The notes under the pieces: model-generated | Database searches by the model: none | Seen by the model: only the letters and a program-made list of their open reading frames with translations | Told to the model about the DNA's origin: nothing | Translations under genes and position numbers: made by a program | In this document: positions 52,431 to 64,000 of the stretch, in pieces | Numbering within the stretch: position 1 is the first letter of the stretch | Layout of the letters: every line of letters starts with the position of its first letter | Assembly (NCBI RefSeq): GCF_009914755.1 | Contig: NC_060947.1 | Source: the human T2T-CHM13v2.0 reference genome, Homo sapiens | Length of the DNA: 64,000 bases | Strand: one strand, 5' to 3'

Positions 52431-52600
52431 GTGAGAATGGCTCACTCTCACCCACCAGAATTAAGAAGGAAGAAGCTTGTATACCTATCATCTGCTACTC
52501 ATCACTGTGAGGCCAGTCTGCCTTTTCCAGTTCAGTCATCATGGAAGACTTCATGGTCAAACACCATGTGGCCATAAAGGACATCACTGGAGACGTGAAG
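52431..52600 (+). pseudogene. Degenerate ITIH6-like exon (the one normally preceding the 6905-7021 exon), 170 nt
   Basis: Pyrimidine tract + CAG, then ENGSLSPTRIKKEEACIPIICYSSL*GQSAFSSSVIMEDFMVKHHVAIKDITGDVK. Aligns without gaps over 56 codons to recalled ITIH6 EVDSPPSTRIERGETC...SGIMADFLVQYDVVMEDIIGDVQ. TGA at 52508-52510; donor reads TTGAGG. Confidence 0.75.
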
Positions 52601-52936
52601 TTGAGGTGCTCTAGAGAAGTAGAAAAAGCATGGACTATGTAGTTGACAGTTATTCTTGTACTTCCTAGCTATATAAACTGTAAACAAGTTCCCGAATACC
52701 TTAAGATATCTAGATATTCTATTCACAAGTAACTGGTACAGAAAACATGAAAAGAAAACAAATATAGCCATATTAGAATTAAAAAAGATTAAATTTAAAC
52801 TTAAATTCACTAAATAGGATAAGGAGGGTCATCAATAATAATACAGCATATTTTATGAAGTAGTCATAAACAATATAAGAGCTGAATACCTACCACCAAA
52901 GCTACCAGAATGCTAAATAGAAACATACTATATAAG

Positions 52937-58540
<5,604 letters not shown>

Positions 58541-59202
58541 AAAGGAATACTAACAATTTTAATTCTTATTTCAAAATAGAGCATGTCTAGTAAAAAAATT
58601 ATTAATGACATAAAATAATTGACTAAAACGTTTACAAATTGAGTATATATGTGTGTATAGGTAAATCTACACACACATATGTAAATATATACACACATTT
58701 TTTCCATAGATCCATAAAACATGCCATAGAGCAATCATTGAGCTTTCATAATCTGTGTCTGCCTTTTGCTTTGTAGTTTGGAGACCCTAAGATTAGTCAC
58801 ACGTAGATTCATATGTTTGATCAGCTAAGTTTTTGAGAAGGGACGTATGTGAAAAAAAATCAGTAGTAAATTGGTCTAGGTAACACGTAGACATCTGTAC
58901 GTGGATTATTGGAACTTAAGCTTATTGGAACACAAAGAAAGAAGAGGTTATTTCTACTTGTGTTGAGAAAGATGGAGAGACAGAAAAGGCTTCATAGAGA
59001 AATGGTTACTTGGGTTGAGATAACACATAAATGAGACCTAATATCCATTAAATCGACAAGGTTCAGGGAAGGATGGTTCTGGTTAGAAGAGATGGCATGT
59101 GTAGAAGTATACAACATACATAGGGACATGATACAGCATGGCATAGAGGGAGAAAGCATTTCTTCACTCCAAACTAATGAGAGCCTCCCCTTTAGAGTAT
59201 AC

Positions 59203-59221
59203 TGCCACGAGGTGGCAGTAG
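59203..59221 (+). promoter_or_regulatory. Candidate CTCF-binding motif
   Basis: TGCCACGAGGTGGCAGTAG closely matches the CTCF core and lies in non-L1 sequence. Motif evidence only. Confidence 0.5.
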
Positions 59222-59264
59222 GAGTCTTATTCTTGTGTTCTGAGGCATTGGTATGGCTGGTTAA

Positions 59265-60958
59265 CTAGCCAACAGCTAAATCAGGAACGCAATCCCATTC
59301 ACAATTACCATACACAAAAAATAAAATTCTTAGAAATACAGCTAACCAGGGATGTGAAAAGTCTCTAAAATGAGAATTACAAAGCATTCTTCAAAGAAAT
59401 TAGAGATGACACAAACAAATGGAAAAACATTCTGTGCTCATGGATAGGAATAATCAATATTAAAATGGACGTATCGCCCAAAGCAATTTACAAATTCAAT
59501 GCTATTCCTGTCAAATTACCAACGACATTCTTCACAGAACCAAAAAAAACTATTTTAAAATTGATATGGAACCAAATAGATCCTGAATAGCTAAGACAAT
59601 CCTAAGCAAAAAGAACAAAGCAGGAGGCTTCAAACTATAGTACAGGGCTACAATAACCAAAACAGCATGGTACTGGTACAAAAATAGACACATAGACCAA
59701 TGGAACAGAAGAGAGCCCAGAAATAATGCCACATACTCACAACCACCTGATCTTTGACAAAGCTGACAAAAACAAGTAAGGGGGGAAAAAAAACTCCGTA
59801 TTCAATAACTGGTGCTGGGATAACCATTCTGGACATAGGAACAGGCAAAGATTTCATAATGAAGATGCCAAAAGCAATTGCAACAAAAGCAAAAGTTGAC
59901 AATGGCATCTAATTAAACCAAAGACCTCTGCACAGCAAAAGAAATTATCAACAGAGTAAACAGACAACCTACAAAATGGTAGTAAATTTTTGCAAACTAT
60001 GCATCTGACAAAGATCTAATATTTAGCATCCATAAGGAACTTAAATTTATAAGAAAAAAAAATCAACCCCATTAAAAAGTAGACAAAGTACATGAACAGA
60101 CACTTCTGAAAAGAAGACATGCATGTGGACAACAAGCATATGAAAAAAAGCTCAACATCATTGATCATTAGAGAAATGCAATTCAAAACCACAAGAGATA
60201 CCATCTTACACCAGTCAGAATGGCTATTATTAAAAAGTGAAAAAAAAAATAACAGGTGCTGGCAAGGTTGTGGGGAAAAAGGAATGCCTATACATTGTTG
60301 GTGGTAAATTAGTTCAACCATTGTGGAAAGCAGTGTGGTGATTCCTCAAAGAGCTAAAAAACAAAACAAAACAAAACAAACAAAAGAACAAAACAAAACA
60401 AAAAAACCACCATTTGACCCAGCAATTCCATTACCAGGTATATACCCAAAGGAATATAAACCATTCTACCACAAAGGCATATGCATGTGTATCTTCATTG
60501 CACCACTATTCACAATAGCAAAGACAGGGAATCAACCTAAATGCCCATCAGTGGTAGACTGGATAAAGAAAATGTGTTACATATATGCTATGGAATACTG
60601 CACAGCCAGAAAAAAGAACAAGACCATGTCCTTTGTAGGAACATGGATGGACCTGGAGGCCATTATCCTTAGCAAACTAACACAGAAACAGAAAACCAAA
60701 TACCGTATGTTCTCACTTATAAGTGGGAGCTAAATAATGAGAACATATGGATACAAAGAGGGGAATAACAGATACTGGGGTCTAATTGAGGGTGGAGGTT
60801 GGGAGGAGGGAGAGAAACAGAAAAAAACAACTATTGGGTTCTAGGCTTAGTACCTGGGTGATGAACTAATCTGTACAACAAACCCCGTGACGTGAGTTTA
60901 CCTATATAACAAACTTGCATATGTACCCGTGAACCTAAAATAAAAGTTAAAAATGAAA
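59265..60958 (+). mobile_element. 5'-truncated L1PB/old L1PA 3' part with an internal deletion (~59823) and (AAAAC)n at 60356-60406
   Basis: ORF2 C-terminal motifs and a 3'UTR ending gaacctaaaataaaagtt. Confidence 0.88.
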
Positions 60959-61199
60959 TATGTTGGCTTTTCTACTTATAACTATTTCTAAGCCTACCTA
61001 CATAAATATTTGCTCAAAATAAAGCCCACCAACTTAAGAATGTAAGAAATGTTACTTTCTTTTCTTTCTTTAACACTGATCTTCCCTTTTACCATCTCTA
61101 CTGAACTGGATGGTAGAAACTTATAAAATTTTAGCTATTTATAGACCCCTTCTCCTGTGACCCTCTACTTTTCACCAGGATTGTATTTAACTTCTGGAG

Positions 61200-63550
61200 A
61201 GAAGTTTCTGGCTTCAAGATGGCTGACTAGAGGCATCTGGTACTCACCTCCTTCTAAACTAAAGTTCTTTTTTAGTTTAGAATAATTAAAACAATGAGTA
61301 GATAATCACATTTGGAGCAGATCATCTAAGAGAGAACACTGGAATTCAGCAAAGAAATGACAGGAAACACCTAAAAGAAGGAAGGAGCGGGAAGCAAGGC
61401 AGGCTGCTTGGCTAGGATCAGCTGGGAGCACAGAGAGTCTTCCTAATGTGGGGAAAGGGTAAGTGAGACATCCCCAGTGGTCCACATTCCCACCGTAGAC
61501 ACCTGCAATCCTAGCCATAGGAGAGCCCCTCGGCCCTCATGGACCCTGAGACTAACATAGGGAGCTATCTGGAGACTGTGTGATGGCATTGCTTCAGAGA
61601 GGGAGCTCACACTGGGTCCTACACAGCCCCCTGAGTCCTAAGCAGCTAAACAAAGGTGCCATTTTGAGAGCCCAGCCCCCACCAGACTGCATCCTGCCCT
61701 GCGGCCCAATAGCCCCTGTATCTCCACATTCCTAGAACCTCACTGACATCCCCCATCCATGGCCACCACTGCTGCTGGCTGCTGCCACTAGGGCTGATGC
61801 ATGAGCCACTGGTAGCAAGCCTGCCTCACAGCAATGGGGCTGCCATGCATTTACAAGCACCCTAAGGACAGGCTGCCCGACCATAGCCACCACCTGGGGC
61901 TGAAACACACACACTTCCCAGCCACCTGCCTGTAACTGCTGCCACTGAAAGCAACCCCACCCTCCCTAAGAGCAGGACCAAAGTATAGCCACTGTTTCCC
62001 TCACCAGAATATTCTGCTGGGGGGCTGGGTGTCACCCTGCCCATGCCTAACACAAGCACTGCTTGCATGCACTACGGAGGGGCCTGAGGATCGTACCACC
62101 CAGCCTGGCTCTACCCTCTCAGTGCCTAAGCATGCTATCTGGAAGTCTGGGGACTGCCCTGGCCCATCCACTACCAATGATACCTGAGAAATCCTCCCAG
62201 AATCCAGAGGATATGCCCATCCAACTTGCTATTACCACCACAGTTGGCATGCACCACCTGTGGTCCTGGTGACTGGCTTGCCCAGCCTGTTGCAGCCACT
62301 GCCAACACCAGTGCCTACTACTTGGGAGCCAGAGAGTTGTACTGCCAATGCTACTGCCATCGCACATGCCACACCTGCTGCTCAGGTACCTGAGGACCTG
62401 CCCATCTGCCTGGATCACCACTGCCACTGCCAGCACCTAAACAAGTGACCTGGAGGCCCAAGAATCAGTTTGCCTGGACCTGCTAACACCAGGGCTAATA
62501 TATGCCATACTGAGCCAAAGGACAGGCATACTCAGCCAGTTGCTGCCAACAGTGGGACCTGTGGACTGGCCCACCTGGCACACCATCTCCAGCAAAACTT
62601 CATCACAGCCTCCAGTAACAGCTGCACCCTAAGCCACTGAATAAATCACAGACAACACTGATGCTGTTTATAATTGAAGAAATAATGGAGACTACACTAC
62701 TGCATACATCCAGAATCACAACCAAAATACCCTATCCAACCAACACCGTAGATACATCTTCAGGAAAAATTTCTCATGTATGAAAGTAAATTTAAAAAAT
62801 TGGAAGAAGTGACTGGTAAACCAAATGCACAGTTATCAATGTAAGGACAAAAGACACATAAAAAAGCAAGGAAATATAACACCTCCAGAGGAACAAAATC
62901 ATTCTCCAGCAACAGATTTCAATGAAAAAATTTATGAAATCCCAGGAAAATAATGCAAAATAATGAAATTAAAGTATCTCAATTAGATGCAAGAGAACGC
63001 AGATAAAAATTACAAAGAAATCAGACAAACAGTTCAGGATACAAATAAGAAATTTACCAGAGAGATAGCTACAAAACAAATTTTAGAAGTTAAGAATTCA
63101 TTGAATAAAATACAAAATACATTCAAAATCTTCAACAGTAGACTAAATTAGGCAGAAGAAAGAATTTTAGAACTTAAAGACAAGTCTTTTGAAATGACCC
63201 AGTCGGATAAAAATAAAGAATTCAAAAGAATGAACAAAGCCTACAAGACATATGGGGCACTATAAAGTGACCGAATATCCAAAATTTCAGTGTCCCAGAA
63301 GGCAGAGAGAAAACAAAAGGCATAGAAAACCTATTTAACAAAATAATATCTGAAAACTTCCTAAGTTTAGGGAGAGATTTAGACCTCCAGATACAGGAAG
63401 CTCAGACATCCCCAGATAGATATAATGCAAAGTCTTCTCCACAGCACATTATAGTCAAACTGTCAAAAGTCAAAGAGAGAATTCTTAAAACAGCAAGAGA
63501 AAAGCATCTAGTTACTTATAAGGGAATCCCCATCAGACTAACAGCAGACC
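61200..63550 (+). mobile_element. Old L1 (L1MA/L1M2-like) 5'UTR and ORF1
   Basis: caagatggctgactagagg start, C-rich repetitive 5'UTR, and ORF1 sequence up to cccatcagactaacagcaga. Confidence 0.85.
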
Positions 63551-64000
63551 TTTAAAAATATAATTTCAACTTTTATATTAGATTCCAGGGGTACATGTAC
63601 AGGTTTGTTACATGGGTACATTGTGTGATGCTGAGGTTTAGGATACGAATGATCCTGTCACCCAGGCAGTGAATATAGTACCCAACAGTTAGTTTTTCAA
63701 CCCTTTCTCTTTCCCTCTCCCCTGCCTCTAGTAGCCCCCAGTGTCTATTGTTGCCATTTTTATGTTAGTGAGTACCCAGTTTTTAGCTCCCATTTATAAA
63801 CGAGAACTTGTGGTATTTTGTTTTCTGTTTCTGCATTAATTCACTTAGGATAATGTCCTCCAGCTGCATCCATGTTGCTGCAAAGGACATCATTTCATTC
63901 TTTTTTTATGGCTGTGTAGTATTCCATGGTGCATATGTACCACATTTTCTTTATCCTATCCACCATTGATGGGCACCTAGGTTGATTCCATGTCTTTGCT
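63551..64000 (-). mobile_element. L1PB/L1PA15-16-like 3' end inserted into the preceding L1; runs off the window
   Basis: tttcaacttttatattagattccaggggtacatgt 3'UTR signature. Confidence 0.88.

Noticed and set aside
52365-52577. 70 aa ORF from the track
   Set aside because: Wrong frame; the ITIH6-like frame is different and contains a stop.

Overview
Primate (probably human) intergenic DNA made almost entirely of nested retroelements: L1 of many ages, Alu, and ERV1/MaLR LTR elements. There is no intact protein-coding gene, and the long ORFs in the track are fragments of L1 ORF1/ORF2 or antisense noise. The only gene-derived sequences are two orphan ITIH6-like exons (6905-7021 and 52431-52600), which lie in reversed order about 45 kb apart. 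With the very high L1 density, this suggests the X chromosome (inference). I see no evidence of a new biological system. The window does record several unusual L1-mediated events: (1) a ~7.8 kb MER41 ERV with an mRNA-shaped structure (R-U5...U3-R) and an L1-type 17 bp TSD; (2) two L1s with apparently spliced 5'UTRs using different donors, one also lacking most of ORF2; (3) two twin-priming inversions; (4) a tailless 35 nt U2 snRNA retrocopy; (5) a young AluY with a pure A43 tail; (6) template-switch palindromes and a local templated insertion. Subfamily names and comparisons to consensus sequences are from memory. Boundaries of old repeats are approximate.
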